Assembly (NCBI RefSeq): GCF_902459465.1
Contig: NC_047080.1
Coordinates: 10,974,001 to 11,038,000 of the forward strand
Source of the DNA: Asterias rubens
Lineage: Eukaryota
Direction of reading: 5' to 3'
DNA: 64,000 nt
A model generated the notes under the pieces. That model was given only the letters and a program-made list of their open reading frames with translations. It ran no database searches and had not been told where the DNA came from. The translations under genes were made by a program, and so were the position numbers. Below are positions 37,822-52,800 of this stretch, piece by piece. Numbering within the stretch: the first letter of the stretch is position 1; every line of letters begins with the position of its first letter.

Positions 37822-40800
37822 ATGAGAGCAGAGGCTCTGACCCTATTTGTGCTTTTCTTGGTGTCTACTGGAGATATTTTGGACGATATTTTATTCGCCA
37901 CCGTGGAAGTTTTTCATCCTAAAAGTTATGGGTGCAGAGACAGTGGTTTGCCCGGTCGGCTTGGGACAGGCACCGGGGGGCACTCGTGTGAGACACGGGG
38001 GAATATCGGTAATTTGTCCGGTAGGAGTTTGCGACGTGGGTTGATGTTAGCTGATGCTCAGGAAGATAAGAGAATACTACCACCAGGTAATAATATACAA
38101 TGTTTTTGTTCAGCTTTCCTTCTTTGTTGATATCTATCTTCCAATAAGTACATCTCCCAGAGGAGTATTTTTGGGCTACACTACTTCTAGAAACTTAAGG
38201 CTCCCTAAGGATCCCCGGGAGCCTTAAAAGTAGGGCTACACTGGAAAACAACTTGCTCAGTTTGAGCCAAAAATGCAGGCTCCTCTGTTCACAAAATGGC
38301 TCAAAAGGTTGGCTCACATTTGAGCCAAGACTGGCTCAGTCAAAATTGATCCACTGGCTCGTTTTGAGCCAATCTTTTGGCTCAAACTGAGCCGGTTATT
38401 TCCAGTGTACATATTGTATGTAGCTAGTAGAGACCTACTAAGACATTGCCTTGTAAGTAGTAAATGTGCACAGTTTGATGTCTTGTAACAGTGTATTTTG
38501 AGAGGACAATACCATTCCACCCTAAATTCTGAAAATGTCACTTTACACTAAAGGTCTACTGCGAATGATTTAAAGTAATGTACATACACCTTGTTTGGGG
38601 GTTAGAAAGTCAGTCTTGTTACCAATGGGACCTTGTCACCCCTGTTTGATTGATTGATATACATCAACTTTGAATGTGAGTCTTATTGCTAACTGTTGCA
38701 TTTATCTACATGTCTTGTGTTTTTTAAGGACCCCGAAATAAGCCATTTTTAAATCAGCTTTTTGGGATATCTTTGACGTAAATTTTATGTATTTCCTACA
38801 CATGTATTGCTTGTTTTTTAATGGTGGATAAAGTAATAATAAAATACGAAAAATAACTTTCCTCTCAAAACAAGCAGGATTTATCTTCATTATTTGATTT
38901 TGATGACTGACTCCTGATCCTTTAAAAGGCAGTGGACACTATTGGTAATTACTCAAAAAAATTATCAGCATAAAACCTCACTTGGTAATGAGTAATGGTG
39001 AGAGGTGACATAGTTTTTGAGAAAGGAGTAATATTCCACGAATTTGATTTTGAGACCTAAAAATAGAATTTGAGGTCTCGAAATCAAGCATCTGAAAGCA
39101 CACAACTTCGTGTAACAAGGGTGTTTTTTTCTTTCATAGTTATCTCGCAACTCCTACGACCAATCGAGCTCAAATTTTCACAGGTGTGTTATTTTATGCA
39201 TATTATGTTGAGAAACACCAACTGTGAAGACTAGTCTTTGACAATTACCAATAGTTTCCACTGTCTTTGAAGAACTTTTAGTTTTGCAAAACAAATTTTA
39301 GTAGCACGATACCCGTTAAAATGTTTACAATTGATGAAACAATGGTTATAGGCCTAGTGCCAAGGGGCTGTTTAGTTTTGAAGAGCTGCCCTTGAGGCAG
39401 GAAATTATGGCTCAAGTTTGTGTTGAGCAGAGAAAAACCACAGGGGAAAAGTCACAAACAGCACAGGTGACAGGCTATATTTGGCTGGTAACCATCTAGC
39501 AATAGTGTTCTAGATTTTTCTTGTCTTTATTGTGTGCTTCAGCATTTCTGTGAAATAGGGCTCAGTCAATTGCATTTTTCAAGTGACATTCTCATGGCAT
39601 GTAAAATATTATTATTCATTTGTGGTATGAGGAAAATTAGATTAGTGAAGAGGTAATGAATTTCACCACCTAAAGGCTTCAGCAGGTGTAGCCCCAGAAA
39701 CCTGGCAGTACCACAAACCACATGATCATTGTACGTGTTTACAAATGAAACCTTTAAAAAAAGTAACCCCAAACCGCAACATGATTGGTAAGACCTTGGC
39801 ACAGAGGGTAATTTTCACCGTATTTTTTGATCTCTCGTCTGAAGTGTGAACTGATATACAATTTTTTTGAGTCATTCATCCTGTAGCAACTAACAGTATT
39901 CTCAAATTGTTCTTAAGTGTAGGGCATACCTGTCACAACAACCTCACATATAAACTTATGCAACAGCAGAACCCCCCCCCCCCTTTTGAGAAAAACATGA
40001 AGTATAATAGTCTAGAAAGTTCAACTCTGAACAAAGAGGCTCAAAAGGTATCATGTTGCGACCAGAAGGGGTCCCTGTTGGATGTGAAACTTGAAAGAAG
40101 ACACATGGTTCCTTAGCAATAAACTTTTGCTGGCAACAGTTTGCCTTTTGGAAACAAATGTGAGTCCTTTGGGAAGCTGAAGTAGGATGAGACCACAATA
40201 AAAGAAAGTGATCCCCAAGGCTTTGCCAAAAAAACAGTCCAGACTTTATGACAGCTGGAGGGATCATTACAAGAGGTCCTTGACCCCAAACTGTGTCTGA
40301 CATTATACAAACAAAACCATTCACAGAAAAACCAAATGCTTAAATCCACTGGTTAAGGGATTGGGTAGCCAGATCTTGGGTAAACAACTTTGTCCTGAGA
40401 ACAAACAAATTAATGTTGTCATTTTACCTTGGAAACACTGACTTCAAAATGGATGATAAAGTGGTATGAATGAATTAATTACTTGAATTTCAAATTATTT
40501 TCAGTTTAAGCCTGCATACTCACGTGTTGGAGAGTGCAAAATTAAGGCATTTTTGCTGGGGCAACCAACAACTGAAAATACGGTTGCTCAAAATGTTGCT
40601 TGCCCGTAAGTTAGTTTGGTTGCCCAAAATATTAAGCTCTTTATAATGTAGAGAATCTTGTTAAAGTTGTCCTCTTCTTTAGTCATTTTCAGATACTGTT
40701 ATCATTGCTTTAAATAGACAGAAAAAAAGTTCCATATTTATTTAGTACTCAGATTTACAAAACCCTGTAAAAAAAGTTCAATATTATCCTCTAAAGTTTA

Positions 40801-43800
40801 AAATAAAAACAAAATCAAATATGTGAAAACTGGTGACTTGCTGTGGCTGAGCAGTCAATCGCACTGGACTCAAGCTCTGGTGTTTTTGATCAGAGGGTGT
40901 GTGTTCTAGTAATTTTGTCATTGTTCAACCCAAACCCAACAATATTTTACAACAATGATTTATTCGATGTATGAGTATAGTTTTTTAGTCACAACGCAAA
41001 CTTGGGTATACTTAGTCTTGGTGCAAGACGTTTTTTGATTTCCTTTCACGCACACCGCGGCCAATTCACCAACAGCGCCCGCACTGACTCACCTGACTTA
41101 GTCCACACAACGCTGTGCGAGACGGTGCGGTGGGTGGACTAAGTCAGATGAGTCGGTGCGGGTGCTGTTGGTGAATTGGCCGTGATGTTCTTGAAAGGAA
41201 AACAAGAAACGTCTTGCACCAAGACTAGGGTATACTCCACTATGCAAGGCACTGTGACCTTCTAACTAGTAAGTCTAATGTGCCCATTAGTTTCCATGTG
41301 GATTTGCTTATGTCAGCATTTTACATTGACATTGACATGGGCCCAAAAGAAAAATCTAGATCGTTCCGGACCTTGTATGGGTGTATAAGGCATACATGTA
41401 GGCCTACATATACATGTACCTTCATCATAGATTAAAACATTCCACAACCAATGTCAACATAATCCAAGAGCGTGTTTTACAATTTTCTGTCAAACTTGCG
41501 ACCCAGTCAATTAGTTTGATGCATTGTAGGGGTCTCAATATGTAATTGTTTTTGTGATTTGTTCCCTTGGTGGGGATTAAATTTGACTTGACACAGCCCG
41601 TGGGTTGCAAGGAATTTAGCATCTGCTACCAATACTTAGGGCTAATTGCTTGTCAAATATATAAATCAAAAAGTTGTATTGAAGATGATTGCCTTGTTTA
41701 GTCTTTTAATCTGCTTCAGATGATCTCACAATACAAAGTTTTAAAGGATATACTTAATTAGAAGATTAAAGCCATGTCTATTTTCCAATAAACATTCTAT
41801 ACAGTACACACAGGTAGTTTTATAAATAAATGTGTACACAGGGATGGGGGAACTGCTCAAGAGTGTCCATAAAGTTTCACTGGAAATTTATTATGAGAAT
41901 GTACCAGTTGGTATCACGCTGCCACCATCTCGGTCATGTTCCCTGTATCCAACCTAAATAACGGATGCTAATATTCATAGTTCAAAAAGGAACCATACTA
42001 ATTCTCCCTCCAGCCTCGGTTCGGTTACATTGATTTGAAAATCAAGATGGCCGCACCACGATAAAGGTCTATTAAAGCTATAGTTGTTGTACCTTCAAGT
42101 TTAGTCTCCATTTACTTTTTCTTGTCTGCAACAAGTTTTGGGGAGGTTATAGAAAAATCTAGAACAGCTAGACATCTCGGGAGTTCAAATCACACCGGAT
42201 TAAAATCGTTATAAAAATATCTAGCTAGCCTTATCTGTATTCTACGACTTTGAGAGGATCTAGAATAGATAGCCATCTAGAGTTTAAATCAAATCTTATA
42301 TCATCGGATACCAGTTTCAAATCATGATCAGAATGTCAAAAAAGAAATTCTCAATGATTTGCTATCAAACGACGGGACTTAAAAATGAAATATTGTCGAA
42401 TTGTCTTCATACTGTACATAACCTACACAACCTTTTTTGTACTTATTGTTCACATTGGTATTTTAATATTGGAATAAATATTATTATTATTATCTCAGCT
42501 CTGGAGTTCAAATCACACCAAACTAAAATTGTTATAAAAATATCTAGATAGCCTAATCTGTATTCTACGACTTTTTGAGTTATTTTCAGGTTAGTAGGTT
42601 CATATGTTTGTGACCACTTTTGCGACCTTTTTTTCTTGATGGATTTGACATCCTAAACCATTCTATAGAGGAGCACCACATAGTCAGAACAAACTTTCTC
42701 GGTGACCCTGTGTGACCATGTGGCTGATGCAGAGTTTCATGAAGTAATGTGGTCGCTACGGTTGTAGGAGGATCAAGGGCCTGCCATAGCTTCACAAAAC
42801 ACCTGTCATATATGTCACTTATATATGTCACTGTGTATCTGCTTTATGATTTGTTGCCATATCCTTTTGAAAACAGATGTAGTTAGCCCTTAAAAAAAAC
42901 AAAATAATGATTCATTTTTACATGTATAAACATACAAGTTGATTTATTATAATAGTTGTAAACCTGTTGGTGGACAAAAATGTGGGCTTCACCCCGTCTG
43001 TACGTTTTGGTGTAGTACTACAAAATTCACTGCAGTTGGCCCTTCCATCCTTGGCAAAACAGCCTTACTGGATTTTTTTTTTAGACAAGCAAGTACAGGG
43101 ATGAGCTGTTTTACCATACAAATTGGACGAACGTGTTAAAAGAGGTTGATATTTTGTTTTGTCAGTATAGCATGCCTTTTAAACTTTGAAATGAAAAACT
43201 GCCTCAATTTACACAAATGATCTTGAGAAAACCAAAGTTTTTGAGTTATGCTATTTTGCCATAAGCCTTTTTGAGATATGGCGAACACAATGCTACAACA
43301 CTATAAGGTTTGGGTAAATTTGTCTGTATACACCCAAACATATATCACGTCTGCCACAACTCAAAAGGCATATGAAAGGGCATGCAGTTGTGATAACTTT
43401 CATTTTTAACTTTGATGATGCCATACTGCAGCCATAGTATTTAATTTCACCCACGTATACATAAACGCAGTAGAAAGTAGAATGAACGTACTTTAAAAAC
43501 CACAGCGTAAGTGCAGTACAAACCTTCCAAACAGAGTTATAATGGAAAGTTCAATTTGATGGCCTTCCTTCTCTCTCCGTATCCATGACCCATTTCCACT
43601 ACAAACCCTCATCCTAGTTGGATGCTATCACTCCGACAAGCACCATCCACTCTCATACCTCAGTGGTGAAACCAGTGGGGGTTTCCGGGCTTCATTATCA
43701 ACCTTTTTTATTCACTTTTTGGTTTTGCGGATCCTTTCCCTCTTTTGCCCATGCAGGGCAAGCCAAACTGGCTGGGCTCATTTAAAAGGTTAAGGGGTGG

Positions 43801-46800
43801 ATTTCACAAAGAGTTAAGACTATAGGCTTAGCTCGAGTTAGGATGAGTTACTTGGACTAACTTCGGACTAGCCTTAAGTTTTTAATATATCTCATGACTA
43901 GTCCTAAGTTAAGATCCTATAAGGTCTTTGTGAAATCTTAGAGTAAGGACAGACTCTCTCTGTCCTTACTCTATGGTGAAATCGACCCCTGATGCCTTTT
44001 TGCAGATGTGTTTGGCCATGAAATGAATCCCTACTCACTGAAAATGAAAATGTATGTACCATAGATGTAGATGTTTCAGCTTTATTAGTCATCAAGTTTT
44101 TGAAAGAAAAAAGGTGAAACTCACCAAGCAATGTTTTCTGGAGAGTCCCATAAATCTGTTGTATGTGCCAAAATAATTTCTGTCTCACTGCGACGAAAAT
44201 TGTTTTTGTTAGTTTAACTCATTTCTCAAAAACTACCGTACCTCAGCAAGTAATATTTCAAGGGTAGGTTTCTATCATTATCTTCAAACCGTGTTAATCC
44301 GTGGAAGTTTCTGTTTTGTGTCCTCCAAAAAGTACCCAAACCCTTTAAAGGAGGTACATGTATGTTTGTTCAGGATCTTTCATTGCCAGGTAGAGTTCAA
44401 GGAAGGCCGCATACAAGGCCGTAGAGCACCAGGTAGCCATCTTTACAGTAGACTGAAGTCCAATTAGGACTCCCCTCTTGTCTGTTGTTAGTTTCTCATA
44501 CGTCATTTATAGTCTCTCGTATTTTACTGCATTATTCATCGTTTTTCGGAGTCTGCCATCTTGAGTTTGTTTAGTTTTTTTCTTATGTTTGTTTACATTG
44601 TTGCTTTAACAAGAGCGGTGATTTATTGCTCTTATTAATAATAATAGAGTCGAGACTACTATATATCCAGATTCAGAAGTGTAATTGTCTGCATTGTTTT
44701 CTTCTAAAGTTTGAATGCAATTTGTTGTGTTTGATCTCTTGAATTCTGAAATTCTTAAATCTACTCAGCGTCAGAGACAGTAGAATAAAGGGCACGACAA
44801 GTTCTCAAGAAACAAATGTACACAGGGAAGTAGATAGGCCTACACATGGTGTAACCACACAATGTATACAATTTAATGAGGAGATTTTGATGGAAAATCC
44901 AAAGTATCCTGGCTTAAATTTCTGAATCTATAAAACCATGTATCTGGAAAAATCTGGACAGCTGAACTATTTTCAGTTGTGACGTTACTGCCTAATGCAA
45001 AAATTACTTGACTCGGGCCAGTGGTCCAGTGGGTATTTTTAGCTCTGATAGGGTTCCAGAGTTTTCCATTTCAGTCGGAAGTTATGTTTTGATGCTGATT
45101 CCCGCTGGCACTTTTACAGCAAAGTTTTTTGTCCCCAGAGGAAGATTGTGAATTGTGACACCGGTATATTTATTTTATTCAGCTTGGGGGAACTAGTAGT
45201 AAATGCTATAATAATACCCTGGTGTATATTCATATAATCTATGGTGTTTTTATTGGTGTTTTGTAATGCCTAGATGTGACTGCATATTCTGAATAATGTG
45301 TGGACAAAACTCTACCTGGGCCAAATTTCAAAGAGCTGCTTAAAAGCAGCTAAGCACGACAAAATGGTGCTTACCAGAGGTTATCAGCCAAAATACCAAC
45401 TCAAACATTTCTGACCAGTATCCTGCTGGTTTTTGTTTATCACATAAAATGTAAGCAAAATTGTCTGCTAAGCAGCTTTTTGAAATTGGGTCATGGAGTT
45501 TAATATCAACATCTCCTATACTCAAGATGATGTCACCCACTGGTGAAAATTGCACGAGTAATGATGGAAACAAGATGGAAGCTTCTAAAAAATCATCAGT
45601 TCGTTATTTTTAATCTTTAAACCAATTTTTCTTAGATGTGTGTAAATTTTGTTATTGTAGTCTTTGAATATATTGTTCCATTTTGTAAAAAGAAGTTTTT
45701 TTTTTTAGGCTTTCAGCCTGAATTTGCAAGTAAATTGGTGAACAACTTCCTTGAACTCCTTGTAGTTATTTTTAAACCTGTGGTTTGGTTATGAGCCTTT
45801 TATAGGTAAACTGTGTCTTAGTCCAAGCCATGGTTTCAAAGAGGGCCAGAGTGTAGCAGTTGTGTTTGGGCGAAACATATTTCTATTCTGTGTGGTTCAC
45901 CTCACAGTCGGTATACTGTTTTGATTGATTATGTCAGTAATTGAGTTACGCTAAGGTCATGTGAACTGCAAGGTGTCACCTCAATGTACGATTCTTTTCA
46001 CAGCTACGGCAGTGGACATTTTTGTCATTGACAACGGCATTGCACTGCCGGGCAATTAAACCATTTCACCTTGTCATTGGATGTAATTATGTGGTCATCA
46101 TAGTGTAGAATGTTCAGACTGGGTCGCAAGCAGCTGTGGTGCCATTCAATTCTTCTCCACATTCTTTGATTTTTTTTAGTAATTGACCTTGTCAGATTTC
46201 AACTTTCCATCACACTCTGTCCATGTGACGATAGTTCCTCATCGCTTCCTAACGCCGTTTCCGAATTCCGAAGAATGCCTCTATCAAGTTTCTTAACCCT
46301 TAATGGAGTCTTTTTCCATTTGTACACATGGCAAATGTGTTTGGGGAATAATAACTCGGCAAACAAAAGCAAGATTGAAACATGTTTTCAGTTCTGTATG
46401 ACTGAAGTTTTCTTTATTTTCTAAGTCTAATTTAAATGGAAAAAAAAAATACCAAAACAGCACTTAAAAAAATAGTGCATAACAGCTTCAAAGTCGACTT
46501 TCCCCAACTATATTGAAGGGTTTGCGGTAACACCATGTAATGACTATCTCTAATGAGTTGGGGTGGTTCTGAAAAGACCCGTTGGTTTCAACTCGACACT
46601 TCGATCAGTATGCTCTGATCGTCTTCTAGACTAGTTTAGTTTTTTTTGCATAAATAGGCCTAAGCTCTTGCTTCATGGAATCCAGAAATATTCTGTTCAA
46701 ATGCAAAGAATTATTATTATTTATAGGGGCACAGCAATTTTCCTCTGCTCTGGTAAGGGGAACTTCAATGAGGAAAATGCAAACTTTGCAAAGGGCAACA

Positions 46801-49800
46801 CAGCAAAAGCACAAGGCACCACTGCAATTGCTGTGGTGCCTTGGGTTATTTCAAGGCCTGCATAGGAACAATTAGTGTATGAGTCTAGTTCCTAAGATTA
46901 ACGTTTCATTTCTTATCCATTCCAGGTACTGTTGATCTGTTGAGATTATTACGAGAAGGACAGGAATTTAAAGGTGTTAATGAGGTACCAGACTATGAAG
47001 AGCAGTGCTACATTTACAGATTTCGCAAGGATACCGACGTTTCAGGCCCGAGCACAGATTTCTTTGGCCCAAGGTAGACGGTAATTCCAAAACTACTTCT
47101 AACCGTGAGCAGTGTATGAGAATCTTTGGGCACGCTCTCCGTCAGTCTGAGAGAGTTAGGATGCCCTATTTCTTAATGAGCAGCTTATCTGGATACCCCA
47201 AGTCTGAATTCTATCAAAAACTATACAGTAGGGTCTTAGGTTTTTAGTCAGTATTACCACTGAGCAAGACCTGTTCTTTTTCTTATCGTGTCCCCCACTA
47301 GATATTGTGTTTCAGCCAGAACTGAACACAGTTCCTAGCAATAGCATTGTACTCTACCAGGTCCTCAGTTTTGCATTCTTGCTCCAGTAGGGGCATCTCA
47401 GGAGGTGCTTTATAGTTTGTGGCTCTGTCTTACATATGCAGGTCACGTCGGAGGACCACTGCCTTTAATACAAAGCAATTAATCACAAGGGAAAGTTTTA
47501 TGGGTTTAGACAAAGAAAAGTCGTCTTGAGTGGGACTTGAACCAACAACCTCTGCATTAACATACTGGCGCTCTACCACTGAGCTATTTGACCCTATCTT
47601 GGCCATCTCCCTATTTTGTCAATATCTTTGTTCGGGGTGCCAGTCAGAAGCTTCTGGTTCAAGTTCTAGAAACCCAAGTTGTCTTTGTTCTAAACCAGTC
47701 TTTTTAGTACGGACGCGTTTACTGATTGAATTATCTCCAAGCAGGTAATAAATACATCAACGGGTAGACATGACCTGTAAGAAAAGTGACACCTCGAAGT
47801 TCATACCGATACCAAAATGTTATTGGGATTTTATTGGGAATTATCGTAGCCTCGCCAAGATCAACACACATGGTCAATTGGTCAATTTCACAGGTGGTGG
47901 CAAAGTTCATAGCTGGGGCAAAGTGTAGTACTTTCTCATTAATGGAGAGGAGGTGGGGAATTCCTGTGGGGAACTAACTGCTAACATTCGGGTAATGCCA
48001 GTAGACCTGGAATAATTTTTGAAGAAAAGAACTTGCACAGTACTGTAATTTTCAGAAAAAGACAAGATAGGATGAGATAAGAACTTTATTATCCCACACA
48101 GGAGAAATTAAAAACTAGCAGTTTCTGTGATATAAAACTGAAGACATATCATTTTGAGAAATATCTCTGTCGAAAATCATTCATCTGAAAACAAAGCTGT
48201 GTTTTTAACTTCAACTTTTTAAGAGTTGAACAAATCTGAGATTGAACCCCATTTTCAAAGCAATTTGTTGTCAGTTAGTTTTCTTGAAAGCTCGACAGTA
48301 GTTATCAAATTGTCAGGAGCCCTTAGTCAACTTGTACTTTGGGGGCTTTATTTTATCCTCGTCATTCAGTTTGGTAACAACCAAGTTGATAATATCCTCT
48401 ATCCATCTTTGCTAATTTCCTTTCTGTTCTTGTGTCCTCTTGTAAAGATTTCCCAAAAGTTTCAGCATCATGTTCAAAATAAAGTATTCATCAGAAAAGT
48501 CTCAGAATCTCCTGACGCTCGTCGACAACGATGGCAACATTCAGTTCCAGATCCGGATGGGTCTTCATGTGGTTGAGATAAGGATACGAACGTCCTCCTT
48601 GATTGCTTATCAGTAAGTGCCAACGGTTTTGATCTTTGTTTATTTGTTTGTTTGTTTGTTTGTTTGTTTGTTCGTTTGTTTGATTGTTTGTTTGTTTGGA
48701 TGATCCTCCAATCAAGGGAGCTCTCCAAACTCCGACAAGGGGATATGAACACCAAGCTGGCAACATCCAATTTCTCTCATACAAACATTTAAATTAGCCT
48801 CTGTTCTGATGAATTGCACAAATCAAGAAATTGTGATTCAATTGGATAATAAAATAAAATTAGCTGTTGCAAACAATTGGATAATAGTACTTATTTTGGT
48901 AGGATTCGAACTCACAACCTTGTGCTTGCAAGTTCTGCAGTCTAACCACTGGACTACGGTTTATTCATGAAACTACTTGTTTACATTGTTATGTAAAGAT
49001 GTTAAATTTGCATCAGGGATAAAGATTTCTATTTGGTTTTACCCATACACTGAATGAATGCTTGGCGTACATGTATTTTTATCTGAATTGTGGGAGAAAC
49101 ATTGGTACATAACATTCCAAATGGATTTATTTAAATGAACTATTTGCCCGTAATCTTCATTGCATTTGTCAACAAGTAGCCCGGTTTTCCTTTTCTCCTA
49201 AACACAGACTTTACAGTGAGAAATTTGGCGACGATCAATGGCACAACATTGGTTTGTCCATAAGCAACAAACAGAAGAAATTCAAAGGCTACATGGATTG
49301 CAACGAGCTGTCAACGTTTCCGTTACGATCTAAGTTTGATATCAGCACAGACGGCAGAATGATAGTCGGTGGGACTGTGCTTGAGACCGAGTTTCCTTTT
49401 CTGGTCAGTATTATATTGTCACAAGGTTTTCTTGTGAGACACTTTCTCAAGCTTCAACATTAATTTCAAAAGGCACTTGTTCAGTCTAGGCTTTAAAGGC
49501 TTTTGACACAATTGGTAATTTTCAAAGACCAGTATTCTTACTTTGTTATCCCAAATAATTTTGTTATGCACAAAAAAAAACCATGCTAACATTTGGACTC
49601 AATTGGTCATTGAAAGTGGCAGAAAAAAGAAAGAAAAAAACACTCTCGTTGCATAAGTTTGTGTGCTTTTAGGCCTAAAAACAAAGGCTTCAGGCCTGAA
49701 GTCTTTTAATATTTGAGTGAGAAATTACCTCTTTCTCAAAAACTATGTTACTTCAGAAGGAGCCGCTCCTCTTAATGTTTTATACTATCAACAGCTCTCA

Positions 49801-52800
49801 TTGATTTTTTTCCAAGTAGGTTTTTATGCCAACAATTATTTTGAGTAGTTGCCAATAGTGTCCAGTGCCTTCAAGTTCCACCATCAGCAGAGTTCCTTTG
49901 TCTACAGACCACATATGTGCAAGTGCTGCATGCTGCGTCTGCATTTCTGGGATGCTAGCAATGCAAGTTGTTGTACACAAAGACATTAACAAACCGTCGT
50001 CTTTTAAACTCCCTATACATCTATTCTTACACGCCTACTTTTGGCAATTCACGAAGCACTAACTTACCACACAACATCATAATATACAGTATTTACCTAA
50101 TTTTGTTGGTGTGTTTGTATTACACAGGGAAGAATACAAAACATGTATTATCACGACTCCTTTGCAGCGGGATCAGATTGTTCAACATATTTCCAATGTG
50201 AAAGCGAACCGGTAAGAATCATTTATACTGCTATAATTTATCGTCTTTTCTGTGGATGTATGTATCTATTTAATGTCATTGTTTTTAAGTAAATCTGTTT
50301 AGCTGAAAGTAAGAGAAAAAGTGTCAAATCTACTGTAAACAGGAGTTTAAAAGATGTTATTTTGTATAGCTAAAAAAGAATTATAATTTGTTATTTTGTT
50401 TTATGTTATTTAATTCTGAATTCCTAACTGGCAATATTGTTACATTTAAAAGTACCCACTAAAAACCTCTCATGCTCTGACACTGGTCTGGGTGATTACT
50501 ATTTTTCAAATCTGAACAATGTGTTTCTATCGCTGTTTATCACCTTATATGAATTGTATAAATAAGCCTTTTTGAGTTACGGCAGACACAAACACCATTA
50601 GGTTTGGGTAAACTTGTGTGTATACACCCAAACCAAACAGTACACCCCTATCACGTCCGTCCGCCATACCTCAAAAAGGCTTATGACCTTTTGTATTTCA
50701 AAGCTTCCAACAACAGCGTATCCTGAGACAACATCAGTAGAGCCTACATGGCCCGATTGGTTAAGTCCTCACACCACAGAGGGTCCTCTTCCAGAGCCTA
50801 CAAGCCCTGAGCCTGTGACCCCGCAACCACCCCCCGAGCCTCCCCTACAACCACCGACCGTGGAGCCACCAAGTACAGCTGCACTGCCAAGCACTTCAGC
50901 AACCGACCCTTACCTCATTCCAGCTTCTGTCAAAACTACTTCACAAACTTATTTAGTTGGGGTAGGTGCTTTGCTGTATCTTGATTCTAAGCTGAACTGC
51001 CTTAGGTCTAAGGAAGGGATCTTAAGAAGTGTAGTATAAAGCAATGAGATTTAATTGGAGTGGACACGTTGGCAAGAACACGTTGGCAAGACATTGTTTC
51101 GACTAAACTATTTAAAGGCCTTTGCCCACTTAAGCAGAAAATATTGCTGGAAACGTTTTTGCTAAGCAAAAATAAGCATGGTAACAGTCTAAGATTGTAC
51201 ATGAGACATTGTATAATGGCTGGTAACCTTATTCTGGTAAGCATATTGTTGTTGTGCTTAGCTACTTACTTTTAGTGCAGCTCTAATGAAACTAGGCACT
51301 GACTGTTTGTTTCCACTACTGGTAGAGTCATCAAATTCAAATCAAATTGTATCAATAATTTTTTTTTAATGCTCAGGAGATTCATATCAACAAATACGTT
51401 TAGTAAGTTTGAAAATTTATGCTTGAGGAAATGTTTATGTGCAGATTTCTTCATCTTGCCTTAAACTTTGAATTGTTATCCTCCCAACAGACGCAACATC
51501 CGCTTATTAAGTTTGGTATGCCAGGTTTACCCCCAGGGTTTGTGGAGGAACTTTTAATATCCGAAAGTGAAGATACAGTTATTCTCCTTCTTGAGGAGCT
51601 GGCTCTAGCCATGCCGGTAAGTTCTCGTAAAAATATCAAAGTTCTTGGTCCACTCTGCTTACCGCAGAATTCTGTGCTTACAGCAAATTGTGAAGCACAA
51701 AGTTCCATGGGTTGTAATGGCAGAATTCCAAAGTAAGCAGATTTATGAAGTTGAAGTCTGATTTGAACATATCATTCAATCTCCTTTCTTTTTTTACATT
51801 ATGAATGCATTAGTCACCCTTTCTATACAAAACTAAAATAATTGCTTCTTTATTAAAAATGGGCCTATCTTTTTTCAACATCTCAAAAATGTTCTTTTTA
51901 CTTCTTTTTAGTCTCTTTTTGGATCAATACATTTTTTCCCAGAAAAACAAATATTTGTATATCTTTTTGTCTCTCTCAGATGTGATAGATTGAGTAGGTA
52001 TTGTGGAAAAAAATATTGTGTTGTTCTTTTTGTCTCTGTTTAGGTGAGATGTTGTGTTATTTCTTCTAGAAAAAAAAAAGTTTAACTTTTTTCTCTGTCT
52101 TAGTTGGGTTAATGGATCCAATGCATTCTATATTTCAGTCTTTTCCATTGGACTTATTCATTCTTCTTTCTGATTAGACTGTTTATGGTCGGGTAGGTCC
52201 ACCGGGGGAGCCTGGTCCACCGGGTGAAGAAGGACCACCTGGTGAAGAGGGACCAAAAGGAACCAAGGGTATCAAAGGAATGGTAAGATTCTTCATTTTC
52301 TTTTCATGAAGTTTATTTCTTTGACTCTTCTCTTACCAAGATGGATTGTACCTCAGAACAGGGCCCAATTTCATAGCGCTGCTTAGCGGCCGATTTTTTG
52401 CTTACTGTGCGATTTCTATTTCATAGCGCTGCTAACCGTAAGCACACGAAAAGGTATGCTAACCTTCCGGTGCTCACCGCACGAAAATAAATGACGTCAC
52501 AATGCAAATCCACGGTAAACACGCAATATGGCCGCCCAATTTTTCTGCTAACCTGTGAAATACGCTAAGGCTTAAGCAAATTTTTCTGCTACAGTAAGCA
52601 CGCAAATTTGCTTACCGTTAAGCAGCGCTATGAAATTGGGCCCTGATGTTAACTCTTTAGGAAAAATAGCGGCTGAAGTGGCTTGTACTGAAGCCAATAG
52701 CAGGCCTCAAAAAGCCGCTAGATTTGACCAGCTTCTACCCAAACAAGAGGTAGAATTGCTTAAGAGACATATTCAGCACTCAAACATTACTCTGGCTTGC

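Noticed and set aside
42586-42831. 81-aa minus-strand ORF
   Set aside because: No domain recognised. A DHIT...LHQ pattern across frames suggests at most a decayed L2 RT fragment.
38087-46925. Nested protein-coding gene in the 8.8-kb collagen intron 1
   Set aside because: ORFs in the track lack recognisable domains or a consistent exon chain; the content is repeats and probable non-coding regulatory DNA.
47290-47400. [11 protein letters not shown] resembling the LRAT/PPPDE catalytic NC motif (nested peptidase gene)
   Set aside because: The frame is short and bounded by stops. With one frameshift it joins a CxC...QT..H...CP knuckle and a simple-repeat tail, which fits a LINE 3' end better.
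47731-47973. ~80-codon open frame on the minus strand ([14 protein letters not shown]...)
   Set aside because: No recognisable homology and no partner exons that keep the frame; the length is within chance for an intron.
48474-48784. ORFs with TNKQ repeats in the ORF track
   Set aside because: They are antisense translations of the (TTTG)n microsatellite and collagen exon 3.
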